DNA from: an uncultured Puniceicoccaceae bacterium
Lineage (GTDB): Bacteria; Verrucomicrobiota; Verrucomicrobiia; Opitutales; Oceanipulchritudinaceae
Assembly (NCBI GenBank): GCA_963933835.1
Contig: CAWVVV010000001.1
Span: forward strand, 160,001-224,000
Direction: 5' to 3'
DNA: 64,000 bases
Shown: positions 20,548 through 31,822 of the stretch, one piece after another
Layout: each line of letters opens with the position of its first letter
How positions within the stretch are numbered: the stretch's first letter is position 1
Translations under genes and position numbers: made by a program
The notes under the pieces: model-generated
Seen by the model: the letters and a program-made list of their open reading frames with translations, nothing else
What the model was told of the DNA's origin: nothing
The model's database searches: none

Positions 20548-21578
20548 TACTTGAGCCCTTCGTCTTCAGGCCAGCCGGCCAATAAATTTAAGATCTGAAT
20601 CGCCTGCCCTGAAGCACCTTTGATCAGATTGTCGATCACGCTGGTGATAACAAACCGCTTCGTCCGTGGATCAAAAACTGCACTCATCCGGCAATGATTG
20701 CTTCCAACGACGTGCTTCGTTTCAGGGAACGTTCCTGATGGGAGCACATCAACAAAGGCACTTTCACCGTATACGCTCTGCCAGGCGTCATAGAGAGCAT
20801 CGATGGAACCCTGCGCCTGTCCGACGATCGTTGTCTGAATACCTGCATGGACAGGAATGAGGTGAGGGGTGAATTGAACGAGAACATCGGTTCCGGCAAA
20901 ATCCGCCAACTGCTCTTCGATTTCAGCCGTGTGCCGATGGTTCGGTGCACCGTAGGCGAGCACGCTACCCTGCCGTTCACTGAAGCTGAAAAATTCTGTA
21001 GCCTTCCGCCCTGCGCCCGAGACACCACTCAGACTATTGATGATCAAGCCTTCGGGCGAAATCAATTTGTCCTTAAGAAGTGGATACAAAGGAAGTTGAA
21101 CACTCGTTGGGTAACAGCCTGGGCACGCTAACAGCTGGCTAGCCCGCCAATCGTCACCCCGATCCTCTGCGATCTCAGGCAAGACATACGGAACCCTCGG
21201 GAGCCATTCCTTTGCTGGGTGCTCAGCACCGTAATACGTCGCGTAGAGTTCAGGCGAATCAAGCCGAAAGTCAGCACTGAGATCTATAACTGTCTTACCC
21301 GCTTCCACGAGTGGGAGCGCGTACTCAGCGGCTACACCATGCGGCAAAGCTAGAAAATAGTGCGTGACCTCTTCGTTGGCTGCGAGTTCGTGCACCTCTG
21401 AGCTGACAAACTTCAGTTCCCTCTTGGGTCCAGCAACACCCGGCATGACTTCGTCCAACGTCTTGCCGATTTGCGAACGCGACGCGACCAGCGCAAGCTC
21501 AGCCTGCGGATGCCTCGAGAGCAGTCTAACCAGCCATTCCCCGGAATACCCGGTGGCGCCTATAATACCGACTTTCAT
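20547..21578 (-). CDS. argC: N-acetyl-gamma-glutamyl-phosphate reductase
   Basis: GATGYSG, DLSADFR, PGCYPT, DNLIKGASGQA. Confidence 0.96.
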   Translation of the reverse strand: MKVGIIGATGYSGEWLVRLLSRHPQAELALVASRSQIGKTLDEVMPGVAGPKRELKFVSSEVHELAANEEVTHYFLALPHGVAAEYALPLVEAGKTVIDLSADFRLDSPELYATYYGAEHPAKEWLPRVPYVLPEIAEDRGDDWRASQLLACPGCYPTSVQLPLYPLLKDKLISPEGLIINSLSGVSGAGRKATEFFSFSERQGSVLAYGAPNHRHTAEIEEQLADFAGTDVLVQFTPHLIPVHAGIQTTIVGQAQGSIDALYDAWQSVYGESAFVDVLPSGTFPETKHVVGSNHCRMSAVFDPRTKRFVITSVIDNLIKGASGQAIQILNLLAGWPEDEGLK

Positions 21579-21654
21579 GAGTAGAATCTGTGCTGAATAG
21601 GAAAAGCATATTGCTCAGAATATCCGAGCAAAACCGAAAATATGAGAGATCTGG

Positions 21655-21713
21655 AAAAAGAAAAACCCTTCCCGCAACATCGAGGGGTCGCCTCGAATCG
21701 CAGGAAGGGTTTC
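21655..21713 (-). terminator. Intrinsic terminator after rpsI
   Basis: AAACCCTTCC/GGAAGGGTTT outer stem, inner TCGAGG/CCTCGA stem, T-rich tail on the minus strand. Confidence 0.7.
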
Positions 21714-21739
21714 TCGAAATGCAATTCGTACTGAGACGA

Positions 21740-22141
21740 TTAACGCTTGGAGAACTGGAAACGCTTACGTGCGCCCGGTTGTCCTGGTTTCTTACGCTCA
21801 CGGCGTCGTGGGTCACGTTTGAGGTGGCCGCCCTTTTTCAGGTCGCCGCGGAGTTCAGCATCAAATTTCTCGAGGGCACGAGCGACACCGAGTCTAACCG
21901 CACCGGCTTGGCCATTGGGACCGCCGCCTTGAACTTTAGCAACAATGTCGAACTGACCGACTTTGTCTGCTGTTACGAGCGGAGAGACGGTGGTACGGAC
22001 GAGGGCCTCTTCATACATGTATACTTCGAGATCTTTACCGTTGATCTCGAACTTGCCGCTGCCGCCGGGAATGAGACGGACGCGGGCCGAAGCGCGCTTG
22101 CGGCGGCCGGTGCCTAAAAAGTGGGTGGTGGTTTCGCTCAT
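21740..22141 (-). CDS. rpsI: 30S ribosomal protein S9
   Basis: GTGRRK, GGG..GQAGA, ERKKPG..ARKRFQFSKR. Confidence 0.98.
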   Translation of the reverse strand: MSETTTHFLGTGRRKRASARVRLIPGGSGKFEINGKDLEVYMYEEALVRTTVSPLVTADKVGQFDIVAKVQGGGPNGQAGAVRLGVARALEKFDAELRGDLKKGGHLKRDPRRRERKKPGQPGARKRFQFSKR

Positions 22142-22151
22142 GGAATAAAAA

Positions 22152-22583
22152 TTACTTGGTTGGGAAGGGGAGCGGCTCTTGAGCGGCGTGTGGATGCTCA
22201 GATCCGGCGTAGGCCTTCAGCTTGCTCAGCTGAATGCGACCGAGGCGATTACGTGGCAACATACCACGAACGGCGTGCTCGATGATGTAGGTCGGCTTGC
22301 TTTCGCGGAAGTCAGCAACAGATTTGTAATACTCGTTACCAACCCAGCCAGTGTAGAACATGTACTTCTTGTTCTGTTCCTTTTTGCCCGTCACTGCGAT
22401 TTTGTCTGCATTGATAACAATGACAAAGTCACCGGTGTCGGTGTGGGGGGTGTAGGTCGGCTTGTGACGACCACGTAGGATGTTAGCGATCTCAACGGAC
22501 AAACGACCGAGGACCTTATCAGTAGCATCAACTACGTACCATTTGGGCTGAATTTCGCCCTTCTTTGCCAGATAGCTCTTCAT
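22152..22583 (-). CDS. rplM: 50S ribosomal protein L13
   Basis: WYVVDA...LGRL, KPTYTPH.DTGD, HPHAAQ. Confidence 0.98.
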   Translation of the reverse strand: MKSYLAKKGEIQPKWYVVDATDKVLGRLSVEIANILRGRHKPTYTPHTDTGDFVIVINADKIAVTGKKEQNKKYMFYTGWVGNEYYKSVADFRESKPTYIIEHAVRGMLPRNRLGRIQLSKLKAYAGSEHPHAAQEPLPFPTK

Positions 22584-22600
22584 GTGCGGGAAAAGCGGAA

Positions 22601-22629
22601 AAAGTGTGTATCGCCTGCGGGCCTGTCAA
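22601..22629 (-). promoter_or_regulatory. Probable sigma70 promoter of rplM-rpsI
   Basis: TTGACA-N17-CACTTT on the minus strand, 17 nt upstream of the ATG. Confidence 0.4.
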
Positions 22630-22695
22630 CCCATAGTTCATCCTGAGGACACTTTTTCGAGAGCGGGCGAAACGTAGCACTTAAGCGGATTCCTA

Positions 22696-23931
22696 CTAAG
22701 CGTGGCCCAGAATCTGTGCGATCTGCTCTACGTCTTTGTCGCCCCGGCCACTCAGGTTAACGAGCAAGAGCTGATCACTGCTCATTTTCGGTGCTTCTTT
22801 AAGGATGTAAGCAATGGCGTGCGTGCTTTCTAGGGCGGGCAAAATACCTTCCGTTTCACAAAGCACTTTGAAGGCATCGAGAACCTCTTCATCCGTCGCG
22901 TATGCATACGAAATCCGTCCTTCGTCACGGTAATACGCGTGCTCAGGTCCCACTGCTGCGTAGTCGAGTCCTGCCGAAATGCTGTGAGTGGGTAGAATCT
23001 GACCGTGCTCATCCTGAAGAACGAAGGTGCGGCAGCCTTGGAACACACCGAGGTTTCCGCCCGAGAAGCGCGCGGCATGCTCACCCTCACGAATTCCATG
23101 TCCTCCGGCCTCAACGCCGACAAGATTCACGGTAGGTTCGTCCAAAAAGTCGTAGAAAAAGCCCATCGCATTACTGCCACCACCGACACACGCGACCATT
23201 TCGTCGGGCAAGCGCCCTTCCATCGCGAGGATTTGCTCGCGAGTCTCTTCTCCGATGACCTTGTGAAAATCACGCACAATCATCGGGAACGGATGCGCTC
23301 CGAGAGCTGATCCAAGAATGTAGTGTGTCGTCCGCGAGCTCGCAACCCAGTCGCGCATCGCTTCGTTGACCGCATCCTTGAGTGTCTTTTGGCCCGATTC
23401 TGCTGCGACAACCTCTGCACCACACAGGCGCATGCGGAAAACGTTGAGGGCTTGGCGCTCCATATCGACGCTTCCCATGTAGATGCGGCACTTGAGGCCA
23501 AACTTTGCACATACCGTCGCGGTTGCCACGCCATGCTGACCGGCACCGGTTTCGGCGATGATTCGTTTTTTGCCGAGGCGCTTGGCGAGGAGAACCTGCC
23601 CGATGACATTGTTGATTTTGTGCGCACCCGTATGGAGTAAATCTTCGCGCTTGAGATAAATCTTCGGCCCACCGATACGCTCCGAGAGTTGCTCAGCGTA
23701 GGTCAACATCGTCGGCCGCCCGGCGTAGTTGCGAAGGTAGTAATCTAGTTCGCGCTGAAACTTAGGATCCGCCTTCGCTTCCAGGTAGGCTGCCTCAACA
23801 TCCTGCAAGCAGGTGTAAAGCGTCTCAGGTACGTAACAGCCGCCATAAGGACCAAAGTGCCCCCGCGCATCCGGCCACGACTCCTTGGTTAACTTTGACG
23901 CTTCAGACTCTACGTTCACCTTACTACTCAT
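22696..23931 (-). CDS. trpB: Tryptophan synthase beta chain
   Basis: [32 protein letters not shown]; no trpA adjacent. Confidence 0.97.
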   Translation of the reverse strand: MSSKVNVESEASKLTKESWPDARGHFGPYGGCYVPETLYTCLQDVEAAYLEAKADPKFQRELDYYLRNYAGRPTMLTYAEQLSERIGGPKIYLKREDLLHTGAHKINNVIGQVLLAKRLGKKRIIAETGAGQHGVATATVCAKFGLKCRIYMGSVDMERQALNVFRMRLCGAEVVAAESGQKTLKDAVNEAMRDWVASSRTTHYILGSALGAHPFPMIVRDFHKVIGEETREQILAMEGRLPDEMVACVGGGSNAMGFFYDFLDEPTVNLVGVEAGGHGIREGEHAARFSGGNLGVFQGCRTFVLQDEHGQILPTHSISAGLDYAAVGPEHAYYRDEGRISYAYATDEEVLDAFKVLCETEGILPALESTHAIAYILKEAPKMSSDQLLLVNLSGRGDKDVEQIAQILGHA

Positions 23932-24058
23932 ATCTATATGTATCGATCGGGCGAATCGACTCAACCCGGGGCCATTGAAAATTCATCGGCATCTTTTTCC
24001 TGCTAGATTCCTAAAGCAATCCCCATTTAGAAGGCTCAATACAAGCCTCCCGCCTGCC

Positions 24059-24562
24059 CTACCCATCCATGCGCTCTTCGATGTATTTGATCACGTCTTC
24101 AAATTTCGCGCTATTTGCCTTATTTACCCTGATCAGGCTTTGGTGTGCGTCGAGGGCAATTTTCGCGTGAACCGACTCGGTTTTTGTCTCACCACCGAGC
24201 ATTTCATATTTACAAGGCTCGAGTTCGGTTTCGCCGTTTAGATCGACATTGACGAGATGGTCGAGGCCTAGGCTTTGAACTGAATCGAGATTCTTCTCGT
24301 CGAGGTGGATCAGAGTCAGTTCTCCCTTATCTTTGAAGCCCGAAAGCTCAATGCCGGCACTGGCAAGGATGCCAAGAAAGGTCGAATCCATCCCTTCGCA
24401 GGCCCCTAAATCGACAACGAAGTTTCGCTTCCCTTGCCGAATCATGGAGTCAAAGAAGTCCTTGATCGGCGGCGCATTCTGGAAACACGCCCGCCCGTTC
24501 ACGACGAGTTGAACTGGGTCAGTATCAGCGTTTACTAAAAAAGCTGCTTTTGATTCGGGCAT
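24059..24562 (-). CDS. STAS-domain anti-sigma-factor antagonist
   Basis: VVDL..C..MDSTFLG. Confidence 0.85.
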   Translation of the reverse strand: MPESKAAFLVNADTDPVQLVVNGRACFQNAPPIKDFFDSMIRQGKRNFVVDLGACEGMDSTFLGILASAGIELSGFKDKGELTLIHLDEKNLDSVQSLGLDHLVNVDLNGETELEPCKYEMLGGETKTESVHAKIALDAHQSLIRVNKANSAKFEDVIKYIEERMDG

Positions 24563-24684
24563 CTGTGTTCAAGGGTAATGATTATACACTACGTATTTTG
24601 AATGGTCAGTCAAACCGAACTACCACTCGAATCACAAAAATTTAGAGCGCTTCAGCATAGGAAGTCTCCGATCAGCTCCTGAAC

Positions 24685-27459
24685 TTAAAGACTGGAAATC
24701 AAGTCCGTCCGAGGCGGAGCGAATTTAGTCAAGTTGATGCCATCCACCGCAGCTCTATATTCATCCATATCAGGAATTCTACCAAGGATCGCAGATAGAA
24801 CGACAACGGGAGTGGACGCGAGGAGCGACTCCCCTTTTTTACGATCGGAATCCTCAACGACTCTTCCTTGAAACAACCGTGTCGAGGTTGCCATCACGGT
24901 ATCACCTCTAGCTGCTTTCTCCTGATTGCCCATGCAAAGGTTACAACCCGGACGTTCGAGATACATCATGTTTTCGTATTCGGTGCGTGCTGCGTTCTTA
25001 GGTGCATCATCGTCGAAGACGAAACCAGAATACTTCTGCAACATCTCCCAATCACCTTCAGCCTTGAGTTCATCTATGATGTTATAAGTAGGCGCTGCCA
25101 CGACGAGCGGAGCCTTGAACTCCACTTTACCTTGTTGTGCTTCAAGGTTCTTGAGCATTTGAGAAACAATTTTCAGGTCTCCCTTGTGAACCATGCAGGA
25201 ACCGACAAATCCAAGATCTACATGCCTCTCGCCTTCATAGTAAGAGAGTTCGCGAATCGTATCGTGTGTATAGCGCTTAGAGACTTCTTCGTTATTCACA
25301 TCCGGATCCGCGATCATCGGCTGAACCACTTGATCCAAATCGACGACAAACTCCGCGGAATACTTTGCATTCGCATCCGGCATGAGCGCTGGCTTCGCGC
25401 CTGAACGAATATCAGTGATACGCTGATCCGCTATATCGACCAAGCCTTGTAAGACCTGCCCATCGTTATCCATGCCCTTCTCGATCATGATCTGGATACG
25501 CCCTTTCGCGATCTCCAGAGATTCAATCAAGGTCTCGTCCTGAGTAATACAAATGGAGGCCTTCGCCTTCATTTCGGCAGTCCAATCCGTGAAGGTGAAC
25601 GCTTGGTCGGCTGGCAGTGTTCCAATGTGAACCTCAATGATCCGGCCTTGGAAAACATTGTCCCCAAATTTCTTCAGCATTTGCGACTGCGTGGCATGCA
25701 CCACGTCTCGAAAATCCATGTGGTCTTTTAGGTCACCCTTGAAGGTGACTTTGACCGATTCAGGAATAGGCATGGTGGTTTCACCCGTCGCGAGGGCGAG
25801 GGCTACGGTGCCAGAGTCCGCTCCGAAAGCGACGCCCTTAGACATGCGGGTGTGCGAATCACCACCAATAATGATCGCCCATTCATCAACAGTCAGATCA
25901 TTCAGCACCTTATGGATCACATCCGTCATGGCGTGGTATTCGCCTTTTGGATCACGCGCGGTGATGAGACCGAACTTGTGCATGAACTGCATGAGGCGAG
26001 GAATGTTTTCCTGCGCCTTTTTATCCCAGACAGAAGCCGTATGACATCCAGATTGGTAACCGGCATCCACCGTCGGTGAGATTACAGTCGCGGCCATCGC
26101 CTCTAGCTCCTGAGAAGTCATGAGCCCAGTCGTGTCCTGAGAGCCGACAATATCTGCCCTTACGCGCACATCAGACCCGGCGTGTAAAACGACTCCCTCA
26201 GTCACACCAACTGCGTTCTTATTGAAGATCTTCTCGACAGCGGTGAGACCTTGCCCAGCATGCGAAATTTCTTTGGAAGGTGCAAAGACAGGCGCTACGT
26301 CGACGCCGAGAGTTTGGGCGGCGAAGCTCTGTAGTTTTTTACCAAATACAACTACATAGGAGCCACGGGCCTTGATGAATTCAACTTTTTGAGGCGTTAA
26401 GGCCGAAGAAATGTCCACCAGCTCTTGGTCGCCGTTATACAATTTCTTCTTCTTCGTATTGATCGTCAGCACGGTGCCGGTCGCGACCGAGTAGGCCTCT
26501 TCAAGTATTGGATCACCGTTCGCGTCCTTGACCGGGTTGCCTTCAGCATCGAGCTTCTTCACCCAGTTTTTGAGGTCGATGCCGATACCGCCAGTCACAC
26601 TGACCGTCGTTAAAAAGATCGGAGAAATGCCATTGGTCCCAGCAATAATCGGAGCAATATTGACGAATGGAACGTATGGGCTCGCTTGCTTACCCGTCCA
26701 GAGAGCCACGTTATTGACCCCTGACATACGAGAGGAGCCCACGCCCATGGTTCCCTTTTCGGCGATCAACATCACACTCTTGCCGGGATGCGCCTTTTGC
26801 AGTCCTTGGATTTCAGCTTGGGCCGCCTCAGAGATCATGCACTTACCATGCAGTTCACGATCGGATCGAGAGTGTGCTTGATTACCGGGCGACAATAAGT
26901 CGGTCGAGATATCGCCCTCGCCAGCGATGTAGGTAACCACATCGATTTCTTCCACAACCTCTGGAAGCTTGGTAAAGAACTCGGCCTTGGCATAGCTCTC
27001 GAGAACAGCTTTAGCGATGGCATCCCCCGCCTTGTAGGCAGCCTCGAGGCGACCTGTATCTGCCTCATATAGAAAAACTTGGGTCTTCAGGACCTCAGCG
27101 GCATCGCGTGCGATGGCTGCATCATCCCCAAAAGCTAAATCAAGGAGGACCTCAACGGAAGGGCCGCCCTTCATGTGGGACAACAACTCATAGGCAAAGA
27201 CAGGCGTAATTTCTTCGACGACCGACTGACCAAGAATGATCTCCTTTAAAAACGCTGCCTTCACATCCGCGGCACTCGTTGTTCCTGGTATAGTGTTATA
27301 GATGAAAAACTTCAGAGAATCGTCTCTGTGTTCATTGTTAAGATCTTTAACCTGAGTAACGATCTCACTTAACAGTTCACCGCCATCAATAGGCTTAGGA
27401 TTTAACCCTTGGTTTTTTCGATCCTCAATTTCTTTGATGTAGTCTAAATACAGGCTCAT
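24685..27459 (-). CDS. acnB: Aconitate hydratase B
   Basis: TDLLSP, GSSR.S, SQDTTG, GSCM, PGCNLCMGNQ. Confidence 0.95.
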   Translation of the reverse strand: MSLYLDYIKEIEDRKNQGLNPKPIDGGELLSEIVTQVKDLNNEHRDDSLKFFIYNTIPGTTSAADVKAAFLKEIILGQSVVEEITPVFAYELLSHMKGGPSVEVLLDLAFGDDAAIARDAAEVLKTQVFLYEADTGRLEAAYKAGDAIAKAVLESYAKAEFFTKLPEVVEEIDVVTYIAGEGDISTDLLSPGNQAHSRSDRELHGKCMISEAAQAEIQGLQKAHPGKSVMLIAEKGTMGVGSSRMSGVNNVALWTGKQASPYVPFVNIAPIIAGTNGISPIFLTTVSVTGGIGIDLKNWVKKLDAEGNPVKDANGDPILEEAYSVATGTVLTINTKKKKLYNGDQELVDISSALTPQKVEFIKARGSYVVVFGKKLQSFAAQTLGVDVAPVFAPSKEISHAGQGLTAVEKIFNKNAVGVTEGVVLHAGSDVRVRADIVGSQDTTGLMTSQELEAMAATVISPTVDAGYQSGCHTASVWDKKAQENIPRLMQFMHKFGLITARDPKGEYHAMTDVIHKVLNDLTVDEWAIIIGGDSHTRMSKGVAFGADSGTVALALATGETTMPIPESVKVTFKGDLKDHMDFRDVVHATQSQMLKKFGDNVFQGRIIEVHIGTLPADQAFTFTDWTAEMKAKASICITQDETLIESLEIAKGRIQIMIEKGMDNDGQVLQGLVDIADQRITDIRSGAKPALMPDANAKYSAEFVVDLDQVVQPMIADPDVNNEEVSKRYTHDTIRELSYYEGERHVDLGFVGSCMVHKGDLKIVSQMLKNLEAQQGKVEFKAPLVVAAPTYNIIDELKAEGDWEMLQKYSGFVFDDDAPKNAARTEYENMMYLERPGCNLCMGNQEKAARGDTVMATSTRLFQGRVVEDSDRKKGESLLASTPVVVLSAILGRIPDMDEYRAAVDGINLTKFAPPRTDLISSL

Positions 27460-27568
27460 TTTTCAGCTTTTGTTGTCTAAAATAAGCGAATGCTCTGCCT
27501 AAGTTGCAACCTCATATGCAACTGAGATGGGCGAAAAACCTCGGTTTTTTTCACCTAAGAATTCGAAG

Positions 27569-29836
27569 CTATTCCCCAACGAGCGGAGAAAACGGTCCAA
27601 GGTCGCCCTCCAGCTGGTAGTATGCAGGGGACGCTGATACGTCCTCAGGGGTGTAATAAATTGACTCACCCGTTCCTTCGACGCGCGAAACCGTCTCCCA
27701 AGTGACAAAATCTGTCGTCTCTGTAAGGGTGTAATATTGGTCCTTTTGACTGGAGAATACGAACGAGGTAGCGCCCTCTCGCAAGAGGCTCTCAAGGATC
27801 GGTTGCGCCTCAGCGAGATCGAAGAGAAAGACCTCTCCCGGATCAAAATTCCCTGTCCCCGAAGTCGATTCAATCGAAAATGCCGAGCTTCCGGTGATGG
27901 CGAGAGCACTTGTGGACTGCACTGTCTGGCTCGTATTACGAAATGAAATCGTGAGGACCTTCGTTACCCCATCCTGAGAAAGTGTCCCAAAATCAACCAT
28001 ACCTTCTGAGGAAGCTTCAAAGGCCGTCGATTCTGGCGGCAGAAAATCGATCCCGCGGACAATGATCAGATTGCCCACATCAGCAGGCAAACCACCCAAG
28101 CCGTCGCCCACCATTTCATTAACGATAAGATCAGGCACCCCATCGCCATCGATATCGCCCGAGGCTGCACTGTAGCACAGCGTATCCCCAGTGTTTCCAC
28201 CCACTGTTCCAAGCGCCCCCGCGAGCTGGGCGAGGCGCAGCTCATCCGAAGGCGGTAGATTTGCAGGCAGCAAATCGATCGCGTCGGGCCATCCGCCCGC
28301 ACGTCCGTATAGAATGCTGACGCTGCCGGCGCTAGTGCGCGTCAGGCCTTTTACGATGGGATTGTCATGGGGGTTACCGATCGCCAAATCCGCAAACCCA
28401 TCGGTATCGAAATCACCGTGCAGAACCGTATCTGAGCTTATCGCTCCTCTCACCGGTCCTTGAATGCGCGTCAGCCGCACCGCGTCCGGAGCATCGTCGA
28501 TCGAAAAATCCAACCCTCTCAAAAGTCATGCCGCGTAGAACACATAGCCTTCGCCTGCCGATGAACGCGCCAAAGGCGAGGCAACGAGGTCACCGGCGAA
28601 AAACTCGGGCAGTCCATCGCCATCGTAGTCTAAACCACCGATCAGTTCTTCTCCAAAGGAGCGATTGGCAGAGCCGCCATCAATCCGCGTATAGTCGCCT
28701 GGGGCCGAAGCATCGACTGATAGAGCGTAGCCCTCGGGCCACAGAGTGGGCGGAAAATTCTCGTCCCAAAGAATGAATACCGTGCCGTCAATACTGCCTC
28801 CCCTTGCCTCGCCTGTGCCTGACGGAGCACTGGGTAAGCGAATACCGGCACCCGCCCGATTAAGTGTTGCCGCGATAAGAATCTCGGCGCGCCCGTTGGG
28901 GTCCAAATCAGCGACCTGAACGGTTCCTCCGAAATGGTAATCGGCCGAATCCAACGGCGGCGTGATCCGCGCGACGTGTCCTTTTAGCACATCAGGAAAT
29001 GATGCGGTTCCAAATTCGAAGAGGTCAGCCAGTGGTATCGATACATTTGCCAAATGCCCGCCGCCCCGAATCACATAGCAGGCTCCACTGTTATTCGTAA
29101 TCGAAGTCCCAGGCGCGCCTTCTTCATCTGTTCCGACGAGAATGTCTGCCACTCCATCGCCCGTGATGTCGCCCGTTCGCATCCAGATCCCAAGGCGATC
29201 ATAGCTTTGTGGCCCCACGAAGGTCAGCGTCGAGATGAGCGGCGGCACATCCGATAAATCGAGGTAGTTCTGCTCTGAGCCCGTATTTAACGCAGTGAGA
29301 TCGCGAAGGCCTGCCGAACCGAAAACAATCGTTAGCCCACCCGCCCCGGGTCTAGCTGGGTTGGCTGTCGGGTGAGAAAAATTCTGGCGCGCGATGAGTA
29401 AGTCCCCAAAGCCGTCCCCGTTGACATCATCCATCCAGATCTCACTGCCCGTCGACTCCGAAGGCAGGGCTCCCGCGATATGCAAAATATCCGTGCGCGG
29501 AGCAGCGGCATCTTTCTCGATGGGCTGAACTGAGCCGCCGCCAAGATCATCCACGACGCGGCCATCGCCGAAAACAAGCGTGACGATTCCAGCGCCAGCT
29601 CGTCCAAGCGGATCGCCGAGGAACTGAGCGAACGCAGTGTCCTTGTAGCCATCGCCATCGACATCGAATCCACCACAGACAGGCACGCCAAAACGACCAT
29701 CATCAGTGTTCCCGTGCCCATAGACTCGCGTGAACGCTTTCCCCTCAGGTGGGTCCGCTAAGTCAATAACAAGCGCCTGCGCCGCCAAGCCGACAGCGAG
29801 GACACCTAAACTGAGAGCACTAAGGAGCGTTTTCAT
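27569..29836 (-). pseudogene. Secreted FG-GAP/integrin-alpha-repeat protein with an in-frame TGA at 28526-28528
   Basis: Signal peptide and repeated D.DGDG..D motifs; both ORFs are in the same frame (YAA*LLRGLDF). Confidence 0.8.
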
Positions 29837-29892
29837 GCAGACTGCCATTGATAGCGCAGAACAGAGCCCCCCACAAGCTCAGGTGACAGAGT

Positions 29893-30378
29893 CTAGGCCC
29901 CCAGAGCCGCTTTGATCTCGTCAAATGGCGGCAAAACAGAAGGCACATCACTCGACCAAGCGTAGGTCACCGTGCCGGACTCATCGACGATGAAGGCACT
30001 GCGTTTCGCCACGCCCTTGAAACTCAGTGCACCGGGAACGAAATCCGCATCCAGAATACCGTAGGCTGTGCTCACTTCTTTGTTAAAGTCACTCAGGAGG
30101 GGAATCGTGATGCCGGCCGACTTCGCAAATGCTTCTTGAGCAAATGGGCTATCCACACTGATGCCGTAAACGACCGCATTGAGTCCGGTGTAGTCGGATA
30201 GACCACCACTCACGGTGCACAGCTCTTCCTCACATGTGCCGGTGAAAGCGAGTGGGAAAAAGAGGAGTAAAGTCTTTTGCTTGCCCGCAGAATCAGCGAG
30301 CGAGATTTCATTAAGTCCATCTGCTGTCTTGGACTTAAGCGTGAAAGCGGGGGCGGTGGTTCCTGTTGAAATTGCCAT
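29893..30378 (-). CDS. Peroxiredoxin (AhpC/TSA, AhpE-like)
   Basis: FFPLAFTGTC, GISVDS, LLSDF, RSAF. Confidence 0.9.
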   Translation of the reverse strand: MAISTGTTAPAFTLKSKTADGLNEISLADSAGKQKTLLLFFPLAFTGTCEEELCTVSGGLSDYTGLNAVVYGISVDSPFAQEAFAKSAGITIPLLSDFNKEVSTAYGILDADFVPGALSFKGVAKRSAFIVDESGTVTYAWSSDVPSVLPPFDEIKAALGA

Positions 30379-30419
30379 AACTCAACAATTAGGAGAGTCA
30401 GAAGAGTTTGCGCAACTCC

Positions 30420-30582
30420 TTCTCTCACAATCCCACACAATCCCACCCCTACTCCCAGCCTTACTCTCAATCCCAATCTTCATCCTACTCCACACCCCAC
30501 ACCCAACCTGCCGTAAACGAGAACAAAAATTTGGATTAGAATTACGGCTGGATTTAGGAGTATAAGGAGGACAATGAGTAGC
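30420..30582. repeat. Degenerate low-complexity hexamer repeats with complementary halves
   Basis: aatccc/actccc/actctc/aatctt units followed by gattag/ggagta/gagtag units. Confidence 0.45.
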
Positions 30583-30640
30583 CATTCACACTTCTGGGCT
30601 TGAAATACCTCCGCGCCCGTTCTGCCATGCACTCACTCCC

Positions 30641-31822
30641 ATGGACTCACTTGCCATCCTGAAACAAAACACGATCGACCTTCACACCGAAGCCGACCTC
30701 AAAACAAAACTCTCAAGTGGTCGCCCTCTGCGGATCAAGCTCGGTGTCGATCCGACACGCCCCGATCTCACTTTTGGTCACATGGTGGTGTTTAATAAGC
30801 TGCGCCAATTTCAGGACCTTGGGCACGAAGCCATCCTCATCATCGGAGACTTCACTACCCTGATCGGAGATCCGAGTGGCCGTTCGAGCACACGCCCCGT
30901 TCTGACCAAAGACGAAATTCAATCGAACGCAGAGACATACATCGAACAGGCCTACAAAATCCTCGACCGCTCCAAAACAACCGTTCGCTACAACAGTGAA
31001 TGGTTCGACAGGATGGGCTTCGAAGACTGCCTTCAACTAGCGCGAAAAATGACTGTCGCCCGCATGCTTGAGCGCGACGACTTCGCAAAGCGATACGAGT
31101 CTCAAACCCCCATCTCGATCATCGAGTTTCTATATCCTCTTGTTCAGGGTCAGGACTCCGTCGAGATCGAAGCCGACGTCGAAATTGGCGGAAGCGATCA
31201 ACTCTTTAACTGCCTCGTCGGAAGGCAGCTTCAACGTGATGCGGGGCAAGAAGAACAAGTCGTCCTTACCCTTCCTCTCCTTGTCGGAACCGACGGCACA
31301 AAGAAGATGTCCAAGAGTCAGGACAACTACATCGCCTTCAACGACAGCCCGAAAGACATGTTCGGAAAGATCATGTCGATCAGCGACGAGGTGATGTGGG
31401 ACTACTACAGGTTACTTCTCCTGAAAACAGAAGATGAGATCACTGGCTTCAAGGCGGAGCATCCAATGAAGATGAAGAAGCAACTCGCCTCAGAATTAAC
31501 CGAAAAGATCCATGGCGAGGGCCGCGGCACCCATGAGTTGGAACAATTCGAAAAAGTGTTCTCTCAAGGCAAGCGCCCCGATGAAATGCCAAGCTTCAAA
31601 TGGAGCACCCTCGCCGAAGGCGATACTCAAACGCTCCTGAATATCCTCGGTTCGACCAATCTCTTTCCCTCCAAAAAGGAAGCCAAGCGCCTCATCCAAC
31701 AAGGTTCGATCAAGATCAATGACGAGAAAGTCACTGACCCGATGACGGCAATAGAGGCACCTGGCGACGAGGGCACGGTCATCCAAGCAGGCAAACGAAT
31801 CTTCTTCAGAATCGAAAGCTAG
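30641..31822 (+). CDS. tyrS: Tyrosine--tRNA ligase
   Basis: KLGVDPT.PDLTFGH, YPLVQG.D, GGSDQ, KMSKS, S4-like C-terminal domain. Confidence 0.97.
   Translation: MDSLAILKQNTIDLHTEADLKTKLSSGRPLRIKLGVDPTRPDLTFGHMVVFNKLRQFQDLGHEAILIIGDFTTLIGDPSGRSSTRPVLTKDEIQSNAETYIEQAYKILDRSKTTVRYNSEWFDRMGFEDCLQLARKMTVARMLERDDFAKRYESQTPISIIEFLYPLVQGQDSVEIEADVEIGGSDQLFNCLVGRQLQRDAGQEEQVVLTLPLLVGTDGTKKMSKSQDNYIAFNDSPKDMFGKIMSISDEVMWDYYRLLLLKTEDEITGFKAEHPMKMKKQLASELTEKIHGEGRGTHELEQFEKVFSQGKRPDEMPSFKWSTLAEGDTQTLLNILGSTNLFPSKKEAKRLIQQGSIKINDEKVTDPMTAIEAPGDEGTVIQAGKRIFFRIES

Noticed and set aside
21579..21640. ARG box upstream of argC
   Set aside because: TGAATAGGAAAAGCA has the wrong spacing and no tandem partner.
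30380..30640. T-box leader for tyrS
   Set aside because: No GGTGGNACCGCG T-box motif and no terminator/antiterminator.
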